Part shown: piece after piece, positions 17,313-26,884 of the stretch
Layout of the letters: every line of letters starts with the position of its first letter
Numbering within the stretch: the first letter of the stretch is position 1
DNA from: an uncultured Acidobacteriaceae bacterium
Lineage (GTDB): Bacteria > Acidobacteriota > Terriglobia > Acidiferrales > UBA7541
Direction: 5' to 3'
Assembly (NCBI GenBank): GCA_964563425.1
Contig: CAZLWY010000243.1
Coordinates: 4,247 to 68,246 of the forward strand
DNA length: 64,000 bases
The notes under the pieces: generated by a model
Seen by the model: only the letters and a program-made list of their open reading frames with translations
What the model was told of the DNA's origin: nothing
The model's database searches: none
Program-made: the position numbers and the translations under genes

Positions 17313-20300
17313 ATGCCTTCATTTTCACTACGACATCCGTATTTCATCGTAGTGATCTGCCTTTTCGTTTGCGTCCTCGGGCTCACGAGCCTGCTGCAAA
17401 TGCCTGTGGACATGTTTCCTCCCATCAATATTCCAGTGGTGCTGGTCGCCACCTTCTACAACGGCATGCCGCCCGAGCAAATCGAAGCCGACATCACGGA
17501 TACTTTCGAGCGCTTTTTTACGCTCGGCAGCGGCATCGATCATATGGAATCGCGGTCGATGACCGGAGTCAGCCTGATCAAGATTTATTTTCAGCCCGGG
17601 ACCAACGCCAACGCGGACGTAACTCAAATTTCCAATCTGGCGATGGCCGACCTGCGCCGCCTGCCTGAAGGAACGCTCCCGCCGGTGGTGTTAAAGACCG
17701 ATGCGTCGAATCTGCCTGTTTGCCTGCTCACCGTGGAGGGGCAGGGGCTGAACGAGACGCAACTCCATGACTACCTCCAATTTCAGATTCGAAATCAGAT
17801 TGCAGGCGTTCCCGGCGCGACGGTGCCGCCCCCCTACGGGGGCCGGTATCGACAAATCATGGTGTACGTCGATCCGCAGGAACTGCAGGCACATAACCTG
17901 AGCCCGATGGACGTGGTGCGCGCCACGAATAATTCCAACTTGATTCTTCCCGCCGGCGATCTCCGATTGGGACCGACGGATCGGAACATTTACACCAACG
18001 CGCAGATTCCCAGCGCCGACGATCTGAACGGCGTGCCGCTGAAGACGGAAGGAACCAAGTCGGTTTTCATCCGCGATGTGGGCAAAGCCGTAGATGGATC
18101 CTACCTGCAATACAACATCGTGCGCGTGAACGGCCAGAAATCGGTCTACGTCCCGATTCAAAAGCAAGGCGGAGATACCAACACGATTGCGGTGGTCAAC
18201 GGAATCCGGGGCGCCATCAAGAGCCTCCGCGACATACCGTCGCAGATGAAGACGCACGTTGTATTCGACCAGTCCGTATTCGTTCGGGAAGCGATTTCGA
18301 CGGTGCTTCGCGAGGGCGGCGCCGGGATTTTTCTTACCGGCGCGATGATCCTGGTTTTTCTCGGCAGCCTGCGGGCGACGGCCGCGGTGTTCCTGTCGAT
18401 TCCGCTCTCGGTGATGATCGCGTTCTTCATACTGCACATGGCCGGAAGATCGATCGACAGTATGGTGCTGAGCGGGCTGGCCCTCGCATTTTCGCGACTG
18501 ATCGACGATTCGGTGGTGGTGCTCGAAAACGTGTACCGGCACCTCGAACTCGGCGAATCGCCCAAGGTTGCGGCGATCAATGGTGCCAACGAGGTAGCGC
18601 TTGCGGTACTGGCCATCATGCTGGTGGCCGTCGTTGTGTTTTTTCCGGTGACCTTCCTCTTCGGAGTCAGCAAATACCTTTTCACGGCTCTGGCTCTGGG
18701 CGTGGTCCTGGCCCTCTTCGCGTCCTATTTCTGCGCCGTCACGGTGGTACCCCTTTATTGCGCGCATGTACTGAAACCGATCGAGGAGCACGGCCCCCCG
18801 GGGGCCCGAAAATCCCGGGGCGCGAGGTTCCACGCTGGCTTCAACGCCCACTTCGACAAGATGTTGGACGTCTACGAGAAATGGGTAAAGAAGAGCCTGG
18901 ATCGGCCGCGAGAAGTGGTCATCGGATTCATCGGCGTATTCCTGGCAAGTTTTCTGCTCTTCCCGTTCATCGGTGTTTCGTTCTTTCCGCGCACGGATGC
19001 CGGACAATTCGTCATCAATATCAAAGCGCCCACCGGCACGCGGCTGGAATTGACGGAACAATACGTCGAACGTGTCGAAGCGATCATTCGTCAGGTCGTA
19101 AAGCCGACCGAGTTGGACACGGTGGTTTCCAACATCGGCGTGATGGCCGATTTGTCCGCCCTGTTTACTCCTAATTCAGCGATGCATACGGCTTTCGTCC
19201 AGGTGGGATTGAAAACGGACCACCAGGTCGGCAGCTACACCTACATGGGGGAAGTCCGGAAACGCATCTCGACCGAGATGCCGGAACTTCGGACGTATTT
19301 CCAATCCGGCGGCCTGGTCGATTCCGTCTTGAATCAAGGTCTACCGGCGCCCATTGACGTACAAGTGAGCGGCATGGATTTACGCCGCAGCGCCACGATC
19401 GCGCAGGAGCTGGCGCAACGGATCAAGGCGCTGCCGGACGTTTCCGACGTGTACGTTCCGCAAGACATGGACTATCCGGCGCTGCAGATTGACGTGGACC
19501 GCGTGCGCGCGTCCGAGCTGGGATTGAGGCCGAAGGAAGTGATCAGCAACGTGATCACCGCGCTTACCAGCGACGTGATGATTGCGCCGAGCTACTGGGT
19601 TGATCCGAACAACGGCAACAACTATTTCGTCAGCGTTCAGTATCCCGAAAATCAGGTGAAGTCGATCGAAGACCTGAAAGCCATGCCGTTGCGCGCGTCC
19701 GGCCGCACGGCACCCACGTATCTGAGCGAAGTGGCCGATGTCTCGCCGTTCTCGACTCCCACCGAAGTCGATCATTACCAGCTGGAAAGGACGATCGACG
19801 TCTACGTCGCTCCGACGGGAGAGGATCTCGGCGGACCTGCCAAGAAAATCTCGAAGATCATCTCCGGCATGCAGCTGCCTCCCAATATTCGCGTAAATAT
19901 CAGGGGGTTGGTGGTCACCATGGAGTCTTCGTTCGAGCGATTTGCTTTCGGACTATCGCTCGCCGTCCTCCTTGTTTACTTGATTCTGGTCGCCCAATTC
20001 CGCTCCTTTGTCGACCCGTTTCTGATCGTGCTCGCGGTTCCGACGGGGCTGATCGGCGTGATTCTGACGTTGGTTCTGACCGGGACCACGTTGAACATCC
20101 AGTCGCTGATGGGAATCGTGATGCTGCAAGGCATGGTGGTTTCCAACAGCATCTTGATCGTGGACTTCGCAAATGTGCTCCGCGGCGAAGGCCATGGATT
20201 GAAAGACGCGGTCGTTCGCGCCTGCCGCATCCGTTTGCGGCCCATTCTGATGACCTCGCTTGCGACGGTAGTCGGACTCCTGCCCATGGCTTTCAAAATC

Positions 20301-20462
20301 GAAACGGGCAGCGAAGCCTACGCGCCGCTGGCCCGCGCGATCATCGGCGGGCTGATCTCGTCTATCGCTCTGACGATTTTCGTTGTGCCCGCAGCATACC
20401 TCCTTATTTACCGGCGTCGCGAGCATGCAGCATGGGCGCTCGCGCCGTCGGGGGCGGACTAG
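17313..20462 (+). CDS. RND efflux permease (AcrB/AcrD/AcrF-type), copy 1
   Basis: 1049 aa, 12-TM plus two large loops, typical N-terminus SLRHPYFIVVICLFVCVLG. Confidence 0.95.
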   Translation: MPSFSLRHPYFIVVICLFVCVLGLTSLLQMPVDMFPPINIPVVLVATFYNGMPPEQIEADITDTFERFFTLGSGIDHMESRSMTGVSLIKIYFQPGTNANADVTQISNLAMADLRRLPEGTLPPVVLKTDASNLPVCLLTVEGQGLNETQLHDYLQFQIRNQIAGVPGATVPPPYGGRYRQIMVYVDPQELQAHNLSPMDVVRATNNSNLILPAGDLRLGPTDRNIYTNAQIPSADDLNGVPLKTEGTKSVFIRDVGKAVDGSYLQYNIVRVNGQKSVYVPIQKQGGDTNTIAVVNGIRGAIKSLRDIPSQMKTHVVFDQSVFVREAISTVLREGGAGIFLTGAMILVFLGSLRATAAVFLSIPLSVMIAFFILHMAGRSIDSMVLSGLALAFSRLIDDSVVVLENVYRHLELGESPKVAAINGANEVALAVLAIMLVAVVVFFPVTFLFGVSKYLFTALALGVVLALFASYFCAVTVVPLYCAHVLKPIEEHGPPGARKSRGARFHAGFNAHFDKMLDVYEKWVKKSLDRPREVVIGFIGVFLASFLLFPFIGVSFFPRTDAGQFVINIKAPTGTRLELTEQYVERVEAIIRQVVKPTELDTVVSNIGVMADLSALFTPNSAMHTAFVQVGLKTDHQVGSYTYMGEVRKRISTEMPELRTYFQSGGLVDSVLNQGLPAPIDVQVSGMDLRRSATIAQELAQRIKALPDVSDVYVPQDMDYPALQIDVDRVRASELGLRPKEVISNVITALTSDVMIAPSYWVDPNNGNNYFVSVQYPENQVKSIEDLKAMPLRASGRTAPTYLSEVADVSPFSTPTEVDHYQLERTIDVYVAPTGEDLGGPAKKISKIISGMQLPPNIRVNIRGLVVTMESSFERFAFGLSLAVLLVYLILVAQFRSFVDPFLIVLAVPTGLIGVILTLVLTGTTLNIQSLMGIVMLQGMVVSNSILIVDFANVLRGEGHGLKDAVVRACRIRLRPILMTSLATVVGLLPMAFKIETGSEAYAPLARAIIGGLISSIALTIFVVPAAYLLIYRRREHAAWALAPSGAD

Positions 20463-20470
20463 GAACTCGC

Positions 20471-23400
20471 ATGACCTCCTTCTCCCTCCGAAACCCCTAC
20501 TTCATCATCGTCGTTTGCCTCTTTGTGTGCGTGCTCGGCCTCACGAGCCTGGTCCAGATGCCGGTGGACATGTTTCCGCCCATCAATATTCCCGTGGTGG
20601 AGGTCGCGACTTTTTACAGCGGCATGCCTCCGCAACAGATCGAGGCGGACATCACCGACACGTTTGAGCGATTTTTCACGCTCGGCAGCGGCATTGACCA
20701 TATGGAATCGCGATCGATGTCCGGCGTCAGCCTGATCAAGGTGTACTTTCAGCCCGGCACGGATGCCAGCGCCGACGTTACCCAAGTCTCCAATCTAGCC
20801 ATGGCGGATTTGCGGCGGCTTCCGGAAGGCACGCTGCCTCCCGTGGTCATGAGCATGGACGCATCAAGCCTTCCCGTTTGCCTGCTCACGGTCGACGGGC
20901 AGGGACTTTCCGAAACACAGCTTCACGATTATTTGCAGTTTCAGATCCGTAACCAGATTGCCGGGGTTCCCGGTGCGACTGTCCCGCCGCCGTACGGCGG
21001 CCGCTACCGGCAGATCATGGTTTACGTGGATCCGCTGAAGTTACAGGCCCATGAACTGAGTCCTATGGACGTGGTGCGCGCGACGAACGAATCCAACCTG
21101 ATTTTGCCCGCCGGCGACGTTCGAATCGGGCCACTCGATTACAATCTTTACACCAACGCGCAGGTCGCAGACGCGAAGGCCCTGAACGACCTGCCGCTGA
21201 AGACGGAGGGCGACAAATCCGTATTTATCTCCGACGTGGGCCATGCGGTGGACGGTTCCGCTCTGCAGTACAACATCGTACGAGTAAACGGCCAGCGATC
21301 CGTTTACGTTCCCGTCCAGAAACAGGGCGGCAACAGCAACACAATTGAAGTGGTGAACGGAATCAAGGGCGCGATCCAGAATTTGCGCGACATTCCCTCC
21401 CAAATGAAAGCGCACGTCGTTTTCGATCAATCGCTTTTCGTGAAGCAGGCGATCGCAACGGTGCTACGCGAAGGTGGCATAGGCCTGGTGCTCACCGCGT
21501 TGATGGTCATGATATTTCTGGGCAGCCCGCGCGCCACGGCAGCGGTGTTTCTTTCCATCCCGCTCTCGGTGATGGCCACTTTCTTCTTCCTTCACATTCA
21601 GGGCGCGACGATCAACAGCATGATCCTGAGCGGCCTGGCGCTGGCCTTTTCGCGATTGATCGACAACTCCGTAATCGTGCTCGAAAACATCTTTCGCCAT
21701 CTCGAGCTGGGCGAGGAATCGGCGGTCGCGGCGGAAAAAGGAGCCAATGAAGTCGGCCTGGCGGTATTTGCGATCACCATCGTCACGGTCGTGGTCTTTT
21801 TCCCGGTCACCCTGCTGTATGGCGTTAGCAAGTTTCTTTTCACTGCGCTGGCGCTGAGCGTGGTCATCTCGCTTTTCGCGTCTTATTTCGTCGCCGTGTC
21901 AGTCGTTCCGCTCTATTGCGCGAACCTCTTGAAGGGCAGCGTGCATCCGGCGCCGGCCGAAACGGTTACCAGCGACCCGACAAAACGGCCACCCTGGATG
22001 GCGCGGTTTCACGCCCGATTCAACGAGAAGTTTGAAAAGCTGCTCGAACGATACGACCGGTGGGTGAATAAGGCGCTCGACCGGCCGAAAGAAGTCGTCT
22101 GGGGCTTTCTTGCGGTTTTCGTTCTGAGCTTCGCGCTATGGCCGCTCGTCGGCGTCTCGTTTTTTCCTCGAACTGACGCCGGCCAGTTCATCATCAACGT
22201 GAAGGCGCCCACGGGGACCCGCATCGAGGACACCGAACAATACGTCCAGCGCGTGGAGGATATCGTTCGCAAAGTCGTCCGGCCCGGTGATCTGGTTTCC
22301 GTGGTCTCCAACATCGGCGTGACGCCCGATCTCTCCTCGCTTTCGACTCCAAACTCCGCCATGCACACGGCTTTCGTGGAGGTTGGCCTAGAGGAAGACC
22401 ACAAGGTCGGAAGCTACGTCTACATGGACGAAGTTCGAAAGCAGGTGGCCGAGCAGCTGCCCGAGCTCCGCACTTATTTTCAGTCGGGAGGCCTGGTCGA
22501 TTCGGTCCTGAACCAGGGAATGCCGGCGCCGATCGACGTGCAGGTCAGCGGCAACGATCTGAGTTCCGCCGATCACATCGCGCTGGACCTCGAGGCGAAA
22601 TTCCGCGGCCTCCGAGGCGTTTCCGATGTGTACGTTCCGCAGGACATGGATTACCCGGCTTTGCAGGTCAATGTGAACCGGGAACGCGCCAGCGAGCTCG
22701 GCCTGAATCCAAAGGAAGTGATCGACAACCTGATCACCTCTCTCACGTCGGACGCCATGATTGCCCCGAGCTATTGGGTTGATCCGAAAAGCGGCAACAA
22801 TTATTTCGTCACCGTGCAATACCCCGAAAATCAGGTGAAGACGCTCCAGGACCTCGAAACAATGCCGCTGCACGCCCCTGACCTGAAGCTTCCGACCTAC
22901 CTGAATCAGGTTGCGGACATTTCTCCGATTCTCACGCCGACCGAAGTCGATCATTACCAGCTCGAGCGGACGATCGACGTCTACGTTGCGCCGTCTGCTG
23001 AGGATCTTGGCAAGCCCGCGAAGCAAGTGCGCAAAATCATCAGCAACATGCAGATTCCTCCCAATATTCGCGTCGACGTTCGCGGGCTGGTGAATACCAT
23101 GAACGCGTCGTTCCGCAGCTTCGGATTGGGCCTGATTCTCTCGATCCTTCTCGTTTTCCTCGTGCTCGTGGCGCAGTTCTCCTCCTTTGTCGACCCTTTT
23201 CTGATCGTTCTGGCGATTCCCACCGGGCTGGTCGGCGTCCTGCTCACGCTTGCCTTCACCGACACCACGATGAACATCCAATCGTTGATGGGGATTGTGA
23301 TGCTCACGGGCATGGTGGTGTCCAACAGCATCCTGATCGTCGATTTCGCCAATCGCCTGCGGCAGGAAGGCGACGGAGTGCGCCAAGCCGTGGCTCATTC

Positions 23401-23641
23401 ATGCCGCATCCGCCTGCGCCCGATTCTAATGACGTCGCTCGCCACCATCGTCGGACTTCTTCCGATGGCGCTGAAGCTCGAAACGGGCAGCGAGGCATAC
23501 GCGCCGCTCGCGCGCGTGATTATCGGGGGGCTGATCGTGTCCGTAGCCCTTACGATTTTCGTGGTGCCCGCTGCGTATTTGTTGATCTACGGACGGCGAT
23601 CTGCCCCGGCTGCGCCGTTGGAAACGGAGGCGGCTCCATGA
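20471..23641 (+). CDS. RND efflux permease, copy 2 (tandem paralog)
   Basis: ATG at 20471 after AGGAA (MTSFSLRNPYFIIVVCLFVC). Collinear with copy 1 over its whole length. Confidence 0.95.
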   Translation: MTSFSLRNPYFIIVVCLFVCVLGLTSLVQMPVDMFPPINIPVVEVATFYSGMPPQQIEADITDTFERFFTLGSGIDHMESRSMSGVSLIKVYFQPGTDASADVTQVSNLAMADLRRLPEGTLPPVVMSMDASSLPVCLLTVDGQGLSETQLHDYLQFQIRNQIAGVPGATVPPPYGGRYRQIMVYVDPLKLQAHELSPMDVVRATNESNLILPAGDVRIGPLDYNLYTNAQVADAKALNDLPLKTEGDKSVFISDVGHAVDGSALQYNIVRVNGQRSVYVPVQKQGGNSNTIEVVNGIKGAIQNLRDIPSQMKAHVVFDQSLFVKQAIATVLREGGIGLVLTALMVMIFLGSPRATAAVFLSIPLSVMATFFFLHIQGATINSMILSGLALAFSRLIDNSVIVLENIFRHLELGEESAVAAEKGANEVGLAVFAITIVTVVVFFPVTLLYGVSKFLFTALALSVVISLFASYFVAVSVVPLYCANLLKGSVHPAPAETVTSDPTKRPPWMARFHARFNEKFEKLLERYDRWVNKALDRPKEVVWGFLAVFVLSFALWPLVGVSFFPRTDAGQFIINVKAPTGTRIEDTEQYVQRVEDIVRKVVRPGDLVSVVSNIGVTPDLSSLSTPNSAMHTAFVEVGLEEDHKVGSYVYMDEVRKQVAEQLPELRTYFQSGGLVDSVLNQGMPAPIDVQVSGNDLSSADHIALDLEAKFRGLRGVSDVYVPQDMDYPALQVNVNRERASELGLNPKEVIDNLITSLTSDAMIAPSYWVDPKSGNNYFVTVQYPENQVKTLQDLETMPLHAPDLKLPTYLNQVADISPILTPTEVDHYQLERTIDVYVAPSAEDLGKPAKQVRKIISNMQIPPNIRVDVRGLVNTMNASFRSFGLGLILSILLVFLVLVAQFSSFVDPFLIVLAIPTGLVGVLLTLAFTDTTMNIQSLMGIVMLTGMVVSNSILIVDFANRLRQEGDGVRQAVAHSCRIRLRPILMTSLATIVGLLPMALKLETGSEAYAPLARVIIGGLIVSVALTIFVVPAAYLLIYGRRSAPAAPLETEAAP

Positions 23642-24942
23642 CCGGAAAAATCCCCTCGATTCGATACGCCGTGTTGGTTGCGGCTGGGGGCGCGATTTTC
23701 TGCGCAACCGCTGGCGCGCAAACGGTTCAGAAACTGACCTTGCACGACGCCGAACGCATCGCCATTGAAAACCATCCGCAGCTTCAGGCCGCCGCCGATC
23801 TTGCTGTGGAGGCAAAGGCGGAGGTCACGGAGGCGAAATCCGCGTATTACCCTATGGCGAATGGCAGCGTCACCGCCGTCGATGCGGAAAACAACAGCCG
23901 GATCGCGGCCGGCGCGCTCAACAATCCGATCATTTACGAGCGCGAGGCGAATGGAGTGATGGTGAATCAGCTCGTCACCGACTTCGGCCGCACGCACGAA
24001 CTGGTGAAGAGCTCGAATCTGCACGCGAAGGCGCAGCAGGAAAATGTCGTCACTACGCGCGCCGATGTTCTGCTCGCCGTCGATCAATCGTACTTCGGCG
24101 TGCAGAAGGCCGAGGCGGAATTGAAAGTAGCGCAGGAGACGGTGAAGGCCCGCCAGCTCGTTTCCGACCAAACCAGCGCTCTCGAACAGAACAAAATCAA
24201 GTCGGGTCTTGATGTTAGCTTCGCAAATGTCGATCTCGGGGAGGCGCAGCTCCTGCTGGTTCAGGCGCAGAACGATCTCGATGCAACGAACGCGCAACTT
24301 GCCGCCGCGCTCGGGTACGGCGATGAGCGAACTTTTGAGCTCGCGGACGAACCGCTGCCACCCGCACCGCCGATGGATTTCGCCGACCTGCTCCAGCAGG
24401 CCATCCACGATCGCCCGGAGCTGATCGGGATGAAACTCGACGCGGAATCCGCTCATGCCTACGCGACTGCGGAGCGGGACCTTTGGCTGCCTACGATTTC
24501 GGCAGCCGGCGCCGCCGGTCTGACGCCGGCCGGTGCGCCACAGCTCGGACCCCGGTACGCGGCGGGTGGAGTGAACGTCAATATCCCGATCTTCAACGGT
24601 CACCTATTCGGCGCGCTCCGGACGGAAGCGAAATCGCGCGCCCAGGCCGACGATCAATACCTCAGAGACATGCAGGACAAAATCGTCCGCGACGTTCGCA
24701 CGGCATGGCTGAACGCAAATTCGGCGTTTCAGAAGATCGCGCTCACCGACCAGCTGCTGAAAAACGCAAACCAGGCCCTCGACCTGGCCCAGCAACGTTA
24801 CAAGCTGGGCCTAAGCTCGATCATCGAGCTAAGCCAGGCGCAGCTGAACGAGACCCGCGCCGAGCTGCAGTCAGCCGATGCGAGATTCGATTACCAAGCT
24901 CAGATTTCAGCTCTGAAGTATCAGACCGGCCAGTTGCAGTAG
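23638..24942 (+). CDS. TolC-family outer membrane efflux protein
   Basis: ATG at 23638 overlaps the RND stop (ATGA). Signal peptide present. Duplicated TolC-type coiled-coil repeats (LTLHDAERIAIENHPQLQAA..). Confidence 0.9.
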   Translation: MTGKIPSIRYAVLVAAGGAIFCATAGAQTVQKLTLHDAERIAIENHPQLQAAADLAVEAKAEVTEAKSAYYPMANGSVTAVDAENNSRIAAGALNNPIIYEREANGVMVNQLVTDFGRTHELVKSSNLHAKAQQENVVTTRADVLLAVDQSYFGVQKAEAELKVAQETVKARQLVSDQTSALEQNKIKSGLDVSFANVDLGEAQLLLVQAQNDLDATNAQLAAALGYGDERTFELADEPLPPAPPMDFADLLQQAIHDRPELIGMKLDAESAHAYATAERDLWLPTISAAGAAGLTPAGAPQLGPRYAAGGVNVNIPIFNGHLFGALRTEAKSRAQADDQYLRDMQDKIVRDVRTAWLNANSAFQKIALTDQLLKNANQALDLAQQRYKLGLSSIIELSQAQLNETRAELQSADARFDYQAQISALKYQTGQLQ

Positions 24943-24955
24943 CTCGTCGTCGGCC

Positions 24956-24984
24956 TTGACAAAATTTCGCAGCCTTCGTACTCT
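24956..24984 (+). promoter_or_regulatory. candidate sigma-70-type promoter for the exported-protein operon
   Basis: TTGACA (24956-24961), a 17-nt spacer, then TACTCT (24979-24984). It sits about 110 nt upstream of the proposed GTG start at 25095. Confidence 0.35.
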
Positions 24985-25094
24985 TGCGGCTTCATGAGGG
25001 TTCGCGGCACGCTTTCAGTCCACTGGAATTTTCCCTCGGCCCCGCCTGTTCGCTCCGCGACCGTTTCCGAGGCGTACGCACCTGTGCTCAGGAC

Positions 25095-26414
25095 GTGTCG
25101 AATGCACTGGTGAATCCCCGACTCTGCGGACCGCGTCGCGGTCCCGGCCTAGCAGCCGCCCTCCGTGTTCTTGGCTTCGCTCTTGCTCCGGTGTGTGTGT
25201 GTGCTCAGACCACGGCGCAGAAGCCTACCGCCGCGCCAGCGCACAAGAAGGCCTGGTCGGCACCGCATACCCGATGGGGCGATCCCGATCTTCAGGGCAT
25301 CTGGGACGGCTTTGAAAGCGTGCCGCTCGAACGCCCGACGGCGCTGGGGGATAAAAAGTTCTACACCGACGCGGAACTGGCCGATCGTGTGGCCAAGGCG
25401 GAAGCGCGAGCGAACCAGCGCCAGGCCCTGATCGCCGAAGGCAAAGTCGAACACGAAGGTTTCCGCTCCGTTCCCAACTACAACGCGATCTTCGGGTATT
25501 CCGGGTCCGAAGGCCCCCCGCATATCTCGAACAGAACTTCCGCGATCGTCGATCCTCCCAACGGGCGTATTCCGCCGTGGACTTTGGAGCAGGTGAAATA
25601 TTGGGAGGAGCGAGAGGCCTTAACCAAAGGACGCGGCGAGACCGACAGCATCGACGACATCAACCTCAACACGCGCTGCATCAACGTCGTCAACGAAGCA
25701 GAGGTCACAAACTGGGGTTTGGCGTTTGGCGGCGCGAGTGCGACGGCTCCCGGCCGTCCCGATGCTCCGGTGGTGGGTGAGGACGTCGATATCGGCGACG
25801 GCTACGGAACGAACGCCTCTGCCGGCCCGGTCAGGCGAATTCTGCAAGCGCCGGGCTATGTCGCGTTCGTTCTGGGAGATACGCCCGTCTATCGCATCGT
25901 TCCGCTGAACGGCCGGCCGCACCCGAGCGACAAAATCCGCGAATGGATGGGCGACGCGCGCGGCCGGTGGGAGGGTAACACCCTGGTCGTGGACATCACG
26001 CACATCACGTTCGGCTCACCGATCATTCCCAACTACGGCGGTGCGCTGTATCCCGGGTCGGGCGAGACTCTGCACGTCGTCGAGCGATTCACGCGCACGG
26101 CCGATGACCGGCTCGAGTATACCTACACGATCGACGACCCGCATGTGTACGTGAAACCGTACACAGTGATGCACATCCTGCGCAAAGATGACGCCCGTGA
26201 AGACGCGACCAGCGTCTGCCAGGAAGACCCGAAGGACCGCGCGAATTCACTCGCCAACGCGCGCGCGGACGAACAGAGCTCTCTCGATAGCGGCGAGGAC
26301 TCCGTCGAAGCCCGAGAGGCGCGAGTCGAGCAGCTCAAGAAGGAAGCCATCGCGGAGGCGAATCGCCAGGGCGGCAAGCCTGGTGCGAGTGCCGACGGCA
26401 AAAATCATGAATAG
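25095..26414 (+). CDS. exported protein of unknown function (paralog A)
   Basis: Start uncertain; GTG at 25095 gives MSNALVNPRLCGPRRGPGLAAALRVLGFALAPVCVCAQT. Shares WGDPDLQGIW, GRWEGNTLVVD, ERFT and IDDPHVYVKPY motifs with the gene at 26881. Acidic low-complexity tail. Confidence 0.65.
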   Translation: MSNALVNPRLCGPRRGPGLAAALRVLGFALAPVCVCAQTTAQKPTAAPAHKKAWSAPHTRWGDPDLQGIWDGFESVPLERPTALGDKKFYTDAELADRVAKAEARANQRQALIAEGKVEHEGFRSVPNYNAIFGYSGSEGPPHISNRTSAIVDPPNGRIPPWTLEQVKYWEEREALTKGRGETDSIDDINLNTRCINVVNEAEVTNWGLAFGGASATAPGRPDAPVVGEDVDIGDGYGTNASAGPVRRILQAPGYVAFVLGDTPVYRIVPLNGRPHPSDKIREWMGDARGRWEGNTLVVDITHITFGSPIIPNYGGALYPGSGETLHVVERFTRTADDRLEYTYTIDDPHVYVKPYTVMHILRKDDAREDATSVCQEDPKDRANSLANARADEQSSLDSGEDSVEAREARVEQLKKEAIAEANRQGGKPGASADGKNHE

Positions 26415-26449
26415 GGAGTGGTCGATCCGTTTTCCAAGGGAGCGGGCCA

Positions 26450-26884
26450 ATGCAATGGAAGGGAATTGTTCTGGCTTCAGTCGTCATGTCGGGTTGGATG
26501 CTGCTCGGGAGTGCGCCGGCCCATGCGCATCATGCTTTCGCGGCGGAGTTCGACGCAACCAAGCCCGTTAAGATCGAAGGCACGATCGTCCAGGTCGAAT
26601 GGACCAATCCGCACACCTGGTTTCATGTCGATTCCGTGGCGCCCGATGGCCAGCTGCAGCACTGGATGTTTGAAGGGGGCGGTCCCTACGCGCTGATCAG
26701 ACGTGGCTTCAGCAAGGACTACCTGCAGCCCGGCACGAAGGTCGTTGTCGAAGGCTTCCTCTCCAAGGGAGTTCCTTTCCGCGCCAACGCGCGATCCATT
26801 AAATATCCAAACGGTCAGACGCTATTTGTCGGCTCATCCGGCACGGGCGCGCCGGCCGATGGGAAAGACCCGTCCGCAAAATGA
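26450..26884 (+). CDS. small exported protein, DUF6152-like (family name from memory, unverified)
   Basis: AAGGGAG lies 7 nt upstream of the ATG. Signal peptide ends AHA, followed by HHAFAAEFD. WTNPHTWF motif. 144 aa. Confidence 0.7.
   Translation: MQWKGIVLASVVMSGWMLLGSAPAHAHHAFAAEFDATKPVKIEGTIVQVEWTNPHTWFHVDSVAPDGQLQHWMFEGGGPYALIRRGFSKDYLQPGTKVVVEGFLSKGVPFRANARSIKYPNGQTLFVGSSGTGAPADGKDPSAK

Larger units (their letters stand above)
17313..23641 (+). repeat. tandem duplication of the RND permease gene
   Basis: The first 100 residues differ at about a dozen positions by eye. Nucleotide differences are mostly at third codon positions. Confidence 0.85.

Noticed and set aside
17691-19061. 456-aa ORF antisense to the first RND permease. 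Similar cases: 21041-21430, 22388-23398, 23587-24603, 13810-14616, 29873-31384, 33146-34216, 37804-39126, 42395-43216, 45386-46453
   Set aside because: All lie opposite strongly supported genes and translate to R/H/G/D-rich sequences with no family resemblance. They are antisense shadow ORFs.
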